Below are positions 6,597 through 14,990 of a stretch of DNA of 18,137 bases, piece after piece; within the stretch, counting starts at the first letter, position 1, and each line of letters begins with the position of its first letter. The position numbers and the translations under genes were made by a program. Origin of the DNA: a bacterium (GTDB lineage: Bacteria > Sysuimicrobiota > Sysuimicrobiia > Sysuimicrobiales > Humicultoraceae); NCBI GenBank assembly GCA_041497675.1, contig JBGQGY010000079.1, positions 1 to 18,137 of the forward strand, read 5' to 3'. The notes beneath the pieces were generated by a model. It searched no databases, was not told where the DNA came from, and saw only the letters and a program-made list of their open reading frames with translations.

Positions 6597-8147
6597 GTGA
6601 GACCGGTGAGCGTCTGGCGAGGGTTTTGGGCCGGCAGCGCCGGCGGGGCGGCCGCCGTACTGGCGATGTTCGCTTACCGGAACGCGACGGGGATGCCGAC
6701 GCTGCCCGAAGCGCTCGCCGAGCGCATGATTCGGCTCTTACCCTATCAAGTATTCGCGCTCGTCCTGGCCAAGCTCCAGCACCTGGCGAAGCCCCTGGGA
6801 TTTGGCATGGCGATCGTCGCCATCGTGATCGGGTTCGGATTCGGCGGTGCGGCGTACGCCTGGGCCGGCCGCCGGGCCCGTTGGGGACGGCCGGTTCTCT
6901 CCCTGCTGTCCGCGGTCACTACGTGGCTGTTCTTGATGTTTGTGTTCCTCCCGGTGATCGAGGGAGACATCCTTGGCGTCCCGTTGACCACCCTCGTGAC
7001 GTCCCCGGCGCTCCCGACGGCGCTCGCGAGCCTGATCTACGCTGCGGTGCTCGTGCTTCTGGCCGCCCCGGTCGCCCCCGACAAGCGTCCCACCGCGCCC
7101 CTCGCGGCGCCGGTGCCACCGACAGGGCAGGCAGTCACACGGCGCGACATGATGCGGCGATCGGTCATCCCCGTCGTGGCGGTCGCCCTGGGAACCCGGT
7201 GGGCGATGTGGATTAGATACGCGGCATCACACGTGGCCGCCGCGGCCGCTCAAGCGTTCACGCTCCTCAGAGGAATGCCGCCCGAAGTGACACCCAACGA
7301 TCAATTCTATCAGATCTCGAAGAACGTCCTCGATCCCACTGTCGACGTTGCCAAGTGGACACTCGAGGTCAAGGGGTTCGTCACGAAACCCCTCAAGTTG
7401 ACCCTCCAGGATTTCAAGAACGCGGGGCCGGCGGTCGAGCGCCACCAGACGTTTGAGTGCATCAGCAACGAAGTCGGCGGCGATCTGATCGGCAATGCCA
7501 AATGGAAAGCGGTGCGCGTGAAGGACATCCTCGCCCTGGCTGGGGTCAAACCAGGGGCCAAGACGATCATCTGGCACGCGGCGGATGGTTTCACCGAGTC
7601 GATCCCGCTCGAGGTCGCCATGGATCCCGTGACCCTGCTCGCCTACGAGATGAACGGCGAGCCGATCCCGCAAAACCACGGCGCCCCTGTCCGCGTGCTG
7701 CTCACCAACCGTTACGGCATGAAGCAGCCCAAGTGGCTGACCGCCATTGAGGTCACGGATCGCGAGTATCGCAGCACCAAAGGATACTGGGTACAACAGG
7801 GGTGGAGTCAGGACGCGTACGTCAAGGTCAACAGCGCGTTCCGTGTTCAGACCAAAGATGGAGCCGCCCTGGCCCTCGGCGGGTGGGCCTACGCGGGCAA
7901 CCGTGGGATCTCGAAGGTGGAGTTCAGCCCAGACGGCGGCAAGACATGGCTTCCGGCGGCCGTGAAGGAACCGCTTGGAGAGAACACCTGGCAGTTCTGG
8001 TCGGCGATGTGGACGCCTCCGAGGCCGGGCGAGCATACGGTCAAAGTGCGCGCGACGGACGGGAAGGGCATGCTGCAACCGGAGGAGCCAAAGGCGACAT
8101 TGCCGGATGGGGGCCAGGGATACCACACCGTGAGGGTCCGCTTCTGA
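6597..8147 (+). CDS. Membrane-bound molybdopterin-dependent oxidoreductase, sulfite oxidase/MsrP(YedY) family, with Mo-co dimerisation domain
   Basis: About 5 N-terminal TM helices; PEVTPNDQFY; FECISN (Mo-ligating Cys at 7458); IGNAKWKAV; LAYEMNGEPIPQNHGAPVR; YGMKQPKWL; GYWVQQGW; KVEFSPDGGKTW; VRATDG. The start may be GTG 6597 (SD AAGGTG) or ATG 6546/6573. Confidence 0.92.
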   Translation: MRPVSVWRGFWAGSAGGAAAVLAMFAYRNATGMPTLPEALAERMIRLLPYQVFALVLAKLQHLAKPLGFGMAIVAIVIGFGFGGAAYAWAGRRARWGRPVLSLLSAVTTWLFLMFVFLPVIEGDILGVPLTTLVTSPALPTALASLIYAAVLVLLAAPVAPDKRPTAPLAAPVPPTGQAVTRRDMMRRSVIPVVAVALGTRWAMWIRYAASHVAAAAAQAFTLLRGMPPEVTPNDQFYQISKNVLDPTVDVAKWTLEVKGFVTKPLKLTLQDFKNAGPAVERHQTFECISNEVGGDLIGNAKWKAVRVKDILALAGVKPGAKTIIWHAADGFTESIPLEVAMDPVTLLAYEMNGEPIPQNHGAPVRVLLTNRYGMKQPKWLTAIEVTDREYRSTKGYWVQQGWSQDAYVKVNSAFRVQTKDGAALALGGWAYAGNRGISKVEFSPDGGKTWLPAAVKEPLGENTWQFWSAMWTPPRPGEHTVKVRATDGKGMLQPEEPKATLPDGGQGYHTVRVRF

Positions 8148-8162
8148 GAGACTGCTCCGTCC

Positions 8163-8171
8163 TGCTATAGT
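8163..8171 (+). promoter_or_regulatory. Extended -10 element (TGnTATAGT) upstream of the response regulator
   Basis: TGCTATAGT ends 14 nt before the ATG at 8186. Confidence 0.45.
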
Positions 8172-8185
8172 AGCTTCGAAGAGTG

Positions 8186-8863
8186 ATGGCGCAGACGGTC
8201 CTCGTCGTCGAAGACGACCCCAAGATGGTGAATCTCCTCCGGCTTTACCTGGAGCGCGGAGGATTCATCGTGACCGCCGCCTACGACGGCCGGGCCGGTC
8301 TGGAGGCGGTAGAGCGCGCACATCCCGACTTCGTCATCCTCGACCTCATGCTGCCGCATCTCGATGGCATCGAGGTGTGCCGGCGCATCCGCGCCACGTC
8401 AGACGTACCAATCTTGATGCTGACCGCGCGGGTCGACGAGGTGGACAAACTGCTCGGCCTCTCGCTCGGCGCGGATGACTACGTCACGAAACCCTTCAGC
8501 CCCCGAGAGGTGGTGGCGCGGGTCACCGCCATCCTGCGGCGCGCGACCCGAGAGGGTCCACGGAAGGTGCTGCGCCATGGCGATCTCGAGATGGACCTCG
8601 ACCGCCATCACGTCCGGCACGATGGGCGCGAGGTGCGCCTCACGCCCATTGAGTTCAAACTCCTGCAGGTGTTCCTAGAGGCGCCCGAGCGGGCGCTGTC
8701 GCGCGAGCAATTGCTGAACCGCATCCATGCATTCCACGAGGTGGATGTCGTCGACCGGACGATCGATGTCCACATCGGCAAGCTGCGCGAGAAACTAGCG
8801 GACGATCCCGCCCGGCCGCGCTACATCGCCACCGTGCGCGGGATCGGATACAAGCTCCTCTAG
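8186..8863 (+). CDS. OmpR/PhoB-family response regulator
   Basis: VLVVEDD, ILDLMLP (phospho-Asp), MLTAR, GADDYVTKPFSPRE, and winged helix LTPIEFKLL...RTIDVHIGKLREKL...IATVRGIGYK. Confidence 0.96.
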   Translation: MAQTVLVVEDDPKMVNLLRLYLERGGFIVTAAYDGRAGLEAVERAHPDFVILDLMLPHLDGIEVCRRIRATSDVPILMLTARVDEVDKLLGLSLGADDYVTKPFSPREVVARVTAILRRATREGPRKVLRHGDLEMDLDRHHVRHDGREVRLTPIEFKLLQVFLEAPERALSREQLLNRIHAFHEVDVVDRTIDVHIGKLREKLADDPARPRYIATVRGIGYKLL

Positions 8864-8872
8864 GCATTCACC

Positions 8873-9958
8873 ATGCGGCGCAGTCTCCTGTGGAAGTTGG
8901 TCGGGGTCAATATTCTGGTGGTCGGCGTCGCCATCGCGGTCACCGCCATGAGCGTCGGTCGTCTTGCCGATCAGATCTTCTCCAACTTGATGAAAGAGTT
9001 CCACATCGAGGTCGAGGGGATGCACCAGGCCTTCACGCAGGCGCTGTCGCGGTCACTGGTGGAGGCGATCCTGATCGCCGGCGGTATCGGCCTGCTGCTA
9101 AGCCTGTTCCTGTTTCGCGAAGTCGTACGCCCCCTGCGCAGCATGATGGGCATGGCGGAGCGCATCGCCTCGGGCGACTCCGCGGCTCGCGCGGCCGTGG
9201 CCTCGAAAGACGAAGTCGGCCGGCTGGCCGAATCGCTCAACCGCATGGCCGCGGCGCTGGAGACGCTCGAGCGGTTGCGGAAGGACCTGGTGGCCAACGT
9301 CGCCCACGAACTGCGTACCCCGCTGGCCAATCTGCGGGGATACCTGGAGGCCGTCGGCGACGGGGTGACGGCTGCCTCCCCCGAGACCATCACGATGCTG
9401 CACGAGGAGGTCATGCGGCTGGTTCGCCTGGTTGACGCGCTCCACGAACTCTCACAGTTCGATGCCCGGCTGCCCCGGGCGAGGTTCGAGCCCGTTGATC
9501 TTGGCGAGTTGGTCCGGCGCATGGCTGGTCTCCGCGCTGGTGAGTTCAGCACGCGCAGCATCGGGCTGCACAGCGATGTGGCGACGAGTGGTCCCGCACA
9601 GGCTGATGCCGACCTCCTCATCCAAGCGCTGTCCAACCTGCTCGACAACGCGCTGAAGTACACCCCCTCCGGGGGCACGGTGACCATGCACGCGGTCCAG
9701 AACGGGCACTCCGTTCGCCTGGCAGTGACAAATACCGGCGGCGAGATCGCCCCTGAGGATCTTCCGTACATCTTCGAGCGATTCTATCGTGGTGAGAAAT
9801 CGCGGGCACGCTCATCCGGAGGCGCCGGCATCGGCCTGGCCATCGTCAAGGAAGTCGCCCGCGTGCACGGTGGAGACGTCGGTGCGACCAGCGAAGGGGG
9901 CGAGACGACAGTCTGGCTGACTTTTCCGGTCGCCGCGCGGGTCGAGTCTGGGCGGTAG
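8873..9958 (+). CDS. HAMP-domain sensor histidine kinase (BaeS/CopS-like, short extracytoplasmic loop)
   Basis: Two TMs about 30 aa apart; HAMP (DEVGRLAESLNRMA); H-box VAHELRTPL; N-box NLLDNALKY; IFERFYRG; GGAGIGLAI. Confidence 0.95.
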   Translation: MRRSLLWKLVGVNILVVGVAIAVTAMSVGRLADQIFSNLMKEFHIEVEGMHQAFTQALSRSLVEAILIAGGIGLLLSLFLFREVVRPLRSMMGMAERIASGDSAARAAVASKDEVGRLAESLNRMAAALETLERLRKDLVANVAHELRTPLANLRGYLEAVGDGVTAASPETITMLHEEVMRLVRLVDALHELSQFDARLPRARFEPVDLGELVRRMAGLRAGEFSTRSIGLHSDVATSGPAQADADLLIQALSNLLDNALKYTPSGGTVTMHAVQNGHSVRLAVTNTGGEIAPEDLPYIFERFYRGEKSRARSSGGAGIGLAIVKEVARVHGGDVGATSEGGETTVWLTFPVAARVESGR

Positions 9959-9991
9959 AGGAAGTCATGAGTGCGCACTGAAGGATCGTGC

Positions 9992-10831
9992 ATGTTCACG
10001 CCGCTGATCGCGCCCGTAGGACCGGTCACAGGCGGCGCCCTGTGGTTCATCTTCCGCGACAATCAGATCCTGGTCCACACGTCGCCCGCAGGGACCGGCG
10101 TGCCGGTGTGCGCGGATCCCGCCGAACTCGGCGTCGTGACGGTGCGCCGGCAATACCTGGGCACGCTGGGCGGCCGGCACTGCTTCTCAGCAGAAGTCGC
10201 GGCGGACACGCTCGTGCCGGACAGCCTCTCATGGTCGGGGCTCCGGGGACTCTTTGGTCTGCTGGATGACATGGTGTTCGCCCTGGCGGGCCGGGCCGTT
10301 CAGATCATGGACTGGGATCGTGCCCACCAGTATTGCGGCCGGTGCGGAACGCCGACCGAAGCGAGCACCACCGAACGCGCGCGTCTGTGCCCCGCCTGCG
10401 GCCAGCTCCACTACCCGCGCATCGCGCCGGTGGTGATGGCGCTCGTCCGCGACGGCAACCGTTTGCTGCTCGCGCGCTCACCGCGGTTTCCGTCGGGGAT
10501 GCACAGCGCGCTTGCGGGGTTCGTGGAAGCTGGAGAGGGTCTCGAGCAAAGCCTGGCGCGTGAAGTACGTGAAGAGGTCGGCGTCGAGATCGCGAACCCG
10601 CGCTATTTTTCGAGCCAGTCCTGGCCGTTTCCGCATTCCCTGATGATCGCCTTCAACTGTGACCACGCCGGCGGCGAGATTCGGGTCGATCCTGCGGAGA
10701 TCGAATCAGCCCAGTGGTTCAGCATCGACAGCCTGCCCGATCTGCCAAACCCGATCAGCATCGCCCGCCGATTGATCGACGCCACGGTCGCGACCATCCG
10801 GGCCGAGGGTCGGGTCTCACCGAAAGGTTGA
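9992..10831 (+). CDS. nudC: NAD(H) pyrophosphatase / NAD-cap decapping Nudix hydrolase
   Basis: Zn ribbon YCGRCG...CPACG..HYPRIAP; Nudix box AGFVEAGEGLEQSLAREVREEVG; signature SQSWPFPHSLM; SIARRLI; AAGGA before the ATG at 9992. Confidence 0.93.
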   Translation: MFTPLIAPVGPVTGGALWFIFRDNQILVHTSPAGTGVPVCADPAELGVVTVRRQYLGTLGGRHCFSAEVAADTLVPDSLSWSGLRGLFGLLDDMVFALAGRAVQIMDWDRAHQYCGRCGTPTEASTTERARLCPACGQLHYPRIAPVVMALVRDGNRLLLARSPRFPSGMHSALAGFVEAGEGLEQSLAREVREEVGVEIANPRYFSSQSWPFPHSLMIAFNCDHAGGEIRVDPAEIESAQWFSIDSLPDLPNPISIARRLIDATVATIRAEGRVSPKG

Positions 10832-10845
10832 CCGGTCTGCCACAT

Positions 10846-11847
10846 ATGTTTAGGTCACTGCTCGGACGGCTCGCAGCGGATATCGGGGTGGACCTGGGCA
10901 CGGCGAACACCCTGGTCTACGTCCAGGGTCGGGGGATCGTCGTCCGTGAGCCCTCGGTAATCGCCACGAGTGCCGACGGTCAAGTTCTGGCCGTCGGCGA
11001 ATCCGCGAAGCGAATGATAGGACGAACGCCCGCCGATATCACCGCGACACGTCCTCTCCGAGGGGGCGTGATCGCCGATTTCGAGATCACGACATCGATG
11101 CTTTCATATTTCCTGAAGAAGGCCGTGCCCGGGCGTTCGATGCTTCGTCCCAGGGTAGTCGTAGGAATTCCCTCAGGCGCAACGGTGGTGGAGAAACGCG
11201 CCCTGATTGATGCGACGTTACAGGCTGGGGCCCGCGACGCCTACTTGATCGAAGAACCACTCGCGGCCGCGCTCGGCGTCGGCCTGCCGGTCGCCGAACC
11301 CATCGCCAGCATGGTGGTCGACATCGGCGGCGGGAGAACCCAGGTGGCGGTGATCACACTGGGTGGTATTGTGACCTACCGGTCCATCCGCATGGCAGGC
11401 GACGACATCGATGAAGCCATCATGGCGTACGCGCGTCGCGCCTACAATCTGATGATCGGCGAACGCACCGCGGAAGAGGCGAAGATCGCACTCGGCTCGG
11501 CCTATCCTTCTGAGGGTGAAGATCCGGGACTGCCTGTGCGCGGCCGGGATCTGGTTTCAGGCCTGCCGCGCACGTTGCGGGTGACGGCAGGTGAGATTCG
11601 TGAGGCACTGACAGAACCGCTGCAGGCCATCATCGCGGCGGTCAAGCAGACGCTAGAGGAGACCCCACCCGAGCTGGCCGCCGACCTGGTCGGCAGGGGT
11701 CTGACACTCGTCGGGGGCGGGGCGCTTCTCCGCGGAATTGACCGGCTCTTGATGGAGGTCACCGGGATGCAGGTACGGCTGAGTGATGATCCACTCACTG
11801 CGGTCGCGCTGGGCACCGGAATGGCGTTCACTTCAAAGAACCTGTGA
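10846..11847 (+). CDS. mreB: Rod shape-determining protein MreB/Mbl paralog
   Basis: IGVDLGTANTLVYV, EPSVIA, RPLRGGVIADF, LIEEPLAAA, MVVDIGGGRTQVAVI, IGERTAEEAKI, RGRDLVSGLPR, TPPELAADL, GGGALLRG. Confidence 0.93.
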   Translation: MFRSLLGRLAADIGVDLGTANTLVYVQGRGIVVREPSVIATSADGQVLAVGESAKRMIGRTPADITATRPLRGGVIADFEITTSMLSYFLKKAVPGRSMLRPRVVVGIPSGATVVEKRALIDATLQAGARDAYLIEEPLAAALGVGLPVAEPIASMVVDIGGGRTQVAVITLGGIVTYRSIRMAGDDIDEAIMAYARRAYNLMIGERTAEEAKIALGSAYPSEGEDPGLPVRGRDLVSGLPRTLRVTAGEIREALTEPLQAIIAAVKQTLEETPPELAADLVGRGLTLVGGGALLRGIDRLLMEVTGMQVRLSDDPLTAVALGTGMAFTSKNL

Positions 11848-11857
11848 GGAGAATGCC

Positions 11858-12874
11858 ATGAGCGCCATCCAGACCATCCTGGGTCCTGTTCAGCCAGAAG
11901 GGCTCGGCGTCACCCTGATCCACGAGCATCTTCTGCCTCGACCCCAGATTCCGTCGCCGCCGACCAAACTGCTCTTCTCCCGGCGCATCGACATGGACGA
12001 CGTTGTGCGGGAGTTGAAGCACGCGCGCGATGCGTATGAGCTTCGCTCGGTGGTGGACTGCACCCCACGTCGTTCTTCAAACGAACTGGACAGCATGGCG
12101 TGGCTCTCACGAGAAACCGGCATCAATGTGGTCGTGGCGACCGGCTGTATGAAGGAGCAATACTATCATCCGGCGCGAGGCAACATGAGCAGCTTTTGGG
12201 CCTACCAGCTCAGCCCCGATCAGATCGCCGACGTGATGGTGGACGAGCTGACCAACGGCATCAACGGAACCCGGCATCGCGCCGGGATCATCAAAGTGGG
12301 CACGTCGAAGCAGCGCATCACCGCACCGGAGGAACGTGTGTTGAGGGGCGCCGCAAGGGCACACCGACGAACCGGCTTTCCCATTACGACTCATGCGACC
12401 CTCGGCACTATGGGGGCGGAACAAGCCCAGATTTTTCTCGAGGAAGGGGTCGACGCCAAGCGGGTGATCATCGGACACTCCGACCTGAACGGCAACCCTG
12501 ACTATCACGAGGGCATCCTCCGTCGCGGCGCCAACGTCGGTTTCGACACCATCGGGAAGCAGCGGTTTGACTACACGCGCAGCGAGACCGCGGGCTATCA
12601 TCGCTATGAGTTCGAGAAGGAACAGTACTTCGTGTCCGACCAGCTTCGACTCCAGACGCTCTTGGAGCTGATCCGCCGAGGGTACGCCGGACAGATCGTG
12701 ATCTCTTCCGACATGGGATCGGAGATCGCCGAGAACCCCGACACCCTCGGTGCCTGGGGATACAGCTTCCTGTTGGGTCGGTTTCTGCCGCAGGCCCGGG
12801 AACGGGGATTGCAGGAGGCAGACCAGCGACGGCTGCTCGTCGACAATCCGCGCCGAGTGCTCGCGGGCGATTAG
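11858..12874 (+). CDS. Phosphotriesterase-family (Php/PLL) amidohydrolase
   Basis: IQTILGPV..LGVTLIHEHL (HxH), VVDCTP, NVVVATG, AGIIKVG (carbamylatable Lys), ITTHA, IIGHSD, VISSD, LLVDNPRRVL; SD GAGGAG. Confidence 0.9.
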   Translation: MSAIQTILGPVQPEGLGVTLIHEHLLPRPQIPSPPTKLLFSRRIDMDDVVRELKHARDAYELRSVVDCTPRRSSNELDSMAWLSRETGINVVVATGCMKEQYYHPARGNMSSFWAYQLSPDQIADVMVDELTNGINGTRHRAGIIKVGTSKQRITAPEERVLRGAARAHRRTGFPITTHATLGTMGAEQAQIFLEEGVDAKRVIIGHSDLNGNPDYHEGILRRGANVGFDTIGKQRFDYTRSETAGYHRYEFEKEQYFVSDQLRLQTLLELIRRGYAGQIVISSDMGSEIAENPDTLGAWGYSFLLGRFLPQARERGLQEADQRRLLVDNPRRVLAGD

Positions 12875-14097
12875 AGGACGGCGGCCGCCACCAGGTTGTG
12901 GAAGCGAGGCCGGACGTCGTTGATCGCAAAGTTGTCGGCATCCGGGTGCGTGCGGTTCGTCAGCAGAACGATGATGAGGTGTCGCGCCGGGTCGATGGCC
13001 GCGGACGTCCCGGTGAACCCCGTATGGCCGTAGGTCGCGCGGGAGAGCAGGTCGCCGAACGGTCGCGGCACCGGGAAGGCGTAGCGTTCCGGCGGAAAGA
13101 TCTTGGTCGCCGCCGGAGAAGGCGCCCACTCCTCTCGAGGCTGTCGCCCCTTTTTCAATAGCTGCCAGCCGAGCCCCCAGGATTGAGCTAGGCCGATCGT
13201 CTGATCCGCCGTCGCCTCGGAAATGGTGGCCGAACTGAAGATCCGCCTTCCGTTGAAGACGCCTCCGTCAAGGTACATTTGACAGAAGATGAAGAGGTCC
13301 GCGGCGGTCGAGAATAACCCGGCGTGGCTGCTGACGCCACCCAGGGGGTAGTGCGTGTTTCCATCGTTCACCTCTCCCACCAGGACGCCGTCGCGCCAGC
13401 CCTCGAAGTGCTCACCCAGATTCGCCACCATCGCCTGCTCGAACCGATTGCCGCGCTCGGTCGCGGCCGCACGTTCTCGCAAGGTTCCCTGCGGAGTGAA
13501 GCCGGTGTCCCGCATTCCAAGCGGCATCCACACGCGACGGTGCAGCAGGTGATCGATGCCCTCGCCGGTCACACGCCGAACCAGATGCCCAATGAGGCTC
13601 ATACCGATATCGCTATACCGGACTACCGTCCCGGGGGCGTCACCCAGTTTCAGGTCACAGATCACACGCACGACCGCCTCCGGATCCCTTGCCCTGGCGT
13701 ACGTGGGCACCCATCCTGCGAACCCGGCGGTGTGCGTGAGCAGGTGGCGCAGGGTGACCTCTTGCTTCCCGTGCGCGGCGAACTCCGGCATGAAGCGAGC
13801 GACGGCGTCATCGAGGCTCCACGCCCCGTCCTCGAGAAGCAGGAGCGCAGCCGTTGCGCCGGCTACGGCTTTGGTTAGCGACGCCAGGTCGAATACCGTG
13901 TCCGGCTGCATGGGACGGCGCGTGGGGTCGCACTGGGCTTGGCCGAGCGCCCAGTGCGCGGCCACTCGGCCGCGCCGGGCAACCAGCGCCACTGCTCCTG
14001 GGAACGCCCCTTGGGCGATCGCCTGTTCCAGTAACCCCCTGGCCCTCTCGAGGCGATCGGGATCAAGCCCCAACTCCCCCGGGTGCTGCTGAGGCAT
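12871..14097 (-). CDS. Serine hydrolase, beta-lactamase (class C/PBP-like) family, resembling Bacillus AmiE/YbbE; no signal peptide
   Basis: FDLASLTK (SxxK), LLTHTAG, YSD, GEVNDGN, HAGLFSTAADL, YGHTGFTGT, LLTNR; ATG at 14097 directly follows the permease stop. Confidence 0.88.
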   Translation of the reverse strand: MPQQHPGELGLDPDRLERARGLLEQAIAQGAFPGAVALVARRGRVAAHWALGQAQCDPTRRPMQPDTVFDLASLTKAVAGATAALLLLEDGAWSLDDAVARFMPEFAAHGKQEVTLRHLLTHTAGFAGWVPTYARARDPEAVVRVICDLKLGDAPGTVVRYSDIGMSLIGHLVRRVTGEGIDHLLHRRVWMPLGMRDTGFTPQGTLRERAAATERGNRFEQAMVANLGEHFEGWRDGVLVGEVNDGNTHYPLGGVSSHAGLFSTAADLFIFCQMYLDGGVFNGRRIFSSATISEATADQTIGLAQSWGLGWQLLKKGRQPREEWAPSPAATKIFPPERYAFPVPRPFGDLLSRATYGHTGFTGTSAAIDPARHLIIVLLTNRTHPDADNFAINDVRPRFHNLVAAAVL

Positions 14098-14098
14098 C

Positions 14099-14947
14099 TC
14101 AGTCACCGGCGCGCAATCTCGGGTCCAGAACGTCCCGCAACCCATCACCAAGCAAATTAAAGCCGAGGACCACGATCATGATGGCCAGACCCGGAAAGAT
14201 GGCCGGCCAGGGCGACAACTCGACATAGCGGCGGCTCGTGCTCAACATGCTTCCCCATGAGGGAGCCGGCGGCGGCGTGCCCAGTCCCAGAAAGCTCAGC
14301 GAGGCCTCGGTCAGGATGGCCGTGGACAAGTTGAAGGTTGTCTGAACGATCACCGGCGCCAGGAGGTTTGGCGCGATGTGACGCGCGATAATCCGCAGGT
14401 CCGACAGACCGAGCGCCCGGGCCGCTTCCACGAACTCCATCTCTTTGAGGGAGAGCACCGAGGCCCTCGCCAGACGCGCAAAGGAGGGCGCGTAGACGAC
14501 CCCGATCGCAATCATCGCGTTGGTGATACTGGGACCCAGCATCGCCATGATGGCGATCGCGAGGAGGATCGCCGGAAACGCAAACAATACGTCCATGACG
14601 CGCATGAGCGCGTTGTCCGTCGCCCCGCCAAAGAACCCGGCGACCAGACCGAGCGCCGAACCGAGCAGGAGCGCCAGGCTCACCGAGATCACGCCCACCT
14701 GCAATGAGATCCGCGACCCGAAGATGATGCGGCTCAAGATGTCGCGCCCCAACTCATCGGTACCTAAAGGAAACTCCGCTCTGGGTGCAGCGAGACGCGC
14801 CCGGCTGTGCACTTCGTCCGGCGGATAGGGAGCAATCGCGGAAGCGACAAGGGATGTCAAGACGCACGCGATCACGATCATGGCACCGGCCATGCCAATG
14901 TGATTTCTGCGAAACCGGCGCCAGAACCACGCAAACCTGGCAGCCAT
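14099..14947 (-). CDS. Peptide/nickel ABC transporter permease (DppC/OppC-like)
   Basis: LGTDELGRDILSRIIFGSRISL, EAA loop EFVEAARALG, RHIAPN, EASLSFLGLG, WGSML, FNLLGDGLRDVLDPR; SD GGAGG before the ATG at 14947. Confidence 0.95.
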   Translation of the reverse strand: MAARFAWFWRRFRRNHIGMAGAMIVIACVLTSLVASAIAPYPPDEVHSRARLAAPRAEFPLGTDELGRDILSRIIFGSRISLQVGVISVSLALLLGSALGLVAGFFGGATDNALMRVMDVLFAFPAILLAIAIMAMLGPSITNAMIAIGVVYAPSFARLARASVLSLKEMEFVEAARALGLSDLRIIARHIAPNLLAPVIVQTTFNLSTAILTEASLSFLGLGTPPPAPSWGSMLSTSRRYVELSPWPAIFPGLAIMIVVLGFNLLGDGLRDVLDPRLRAGD

Positions 14948-14990
14948 CAGGGCCCTCCGGCCCCCACCGGTGCGGTCGCCGCGGGACGCG

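Noticed and set aside
10714..10845. N-terminal extension of MreB (likewise the extensions of the PTE, hydrolase, DppC and 759-1319 ORFs)
   Set aside because: Mostly overlap upstream genes; downstream starts have SD motifs or match family N-termini
12871..14097. Calling the serine hydrolase a beta-lactam resistance gene
   Set aside because: No signal peptide, YSD and HTG motifs instead of YxN and KTG, and a catabolic transporter context
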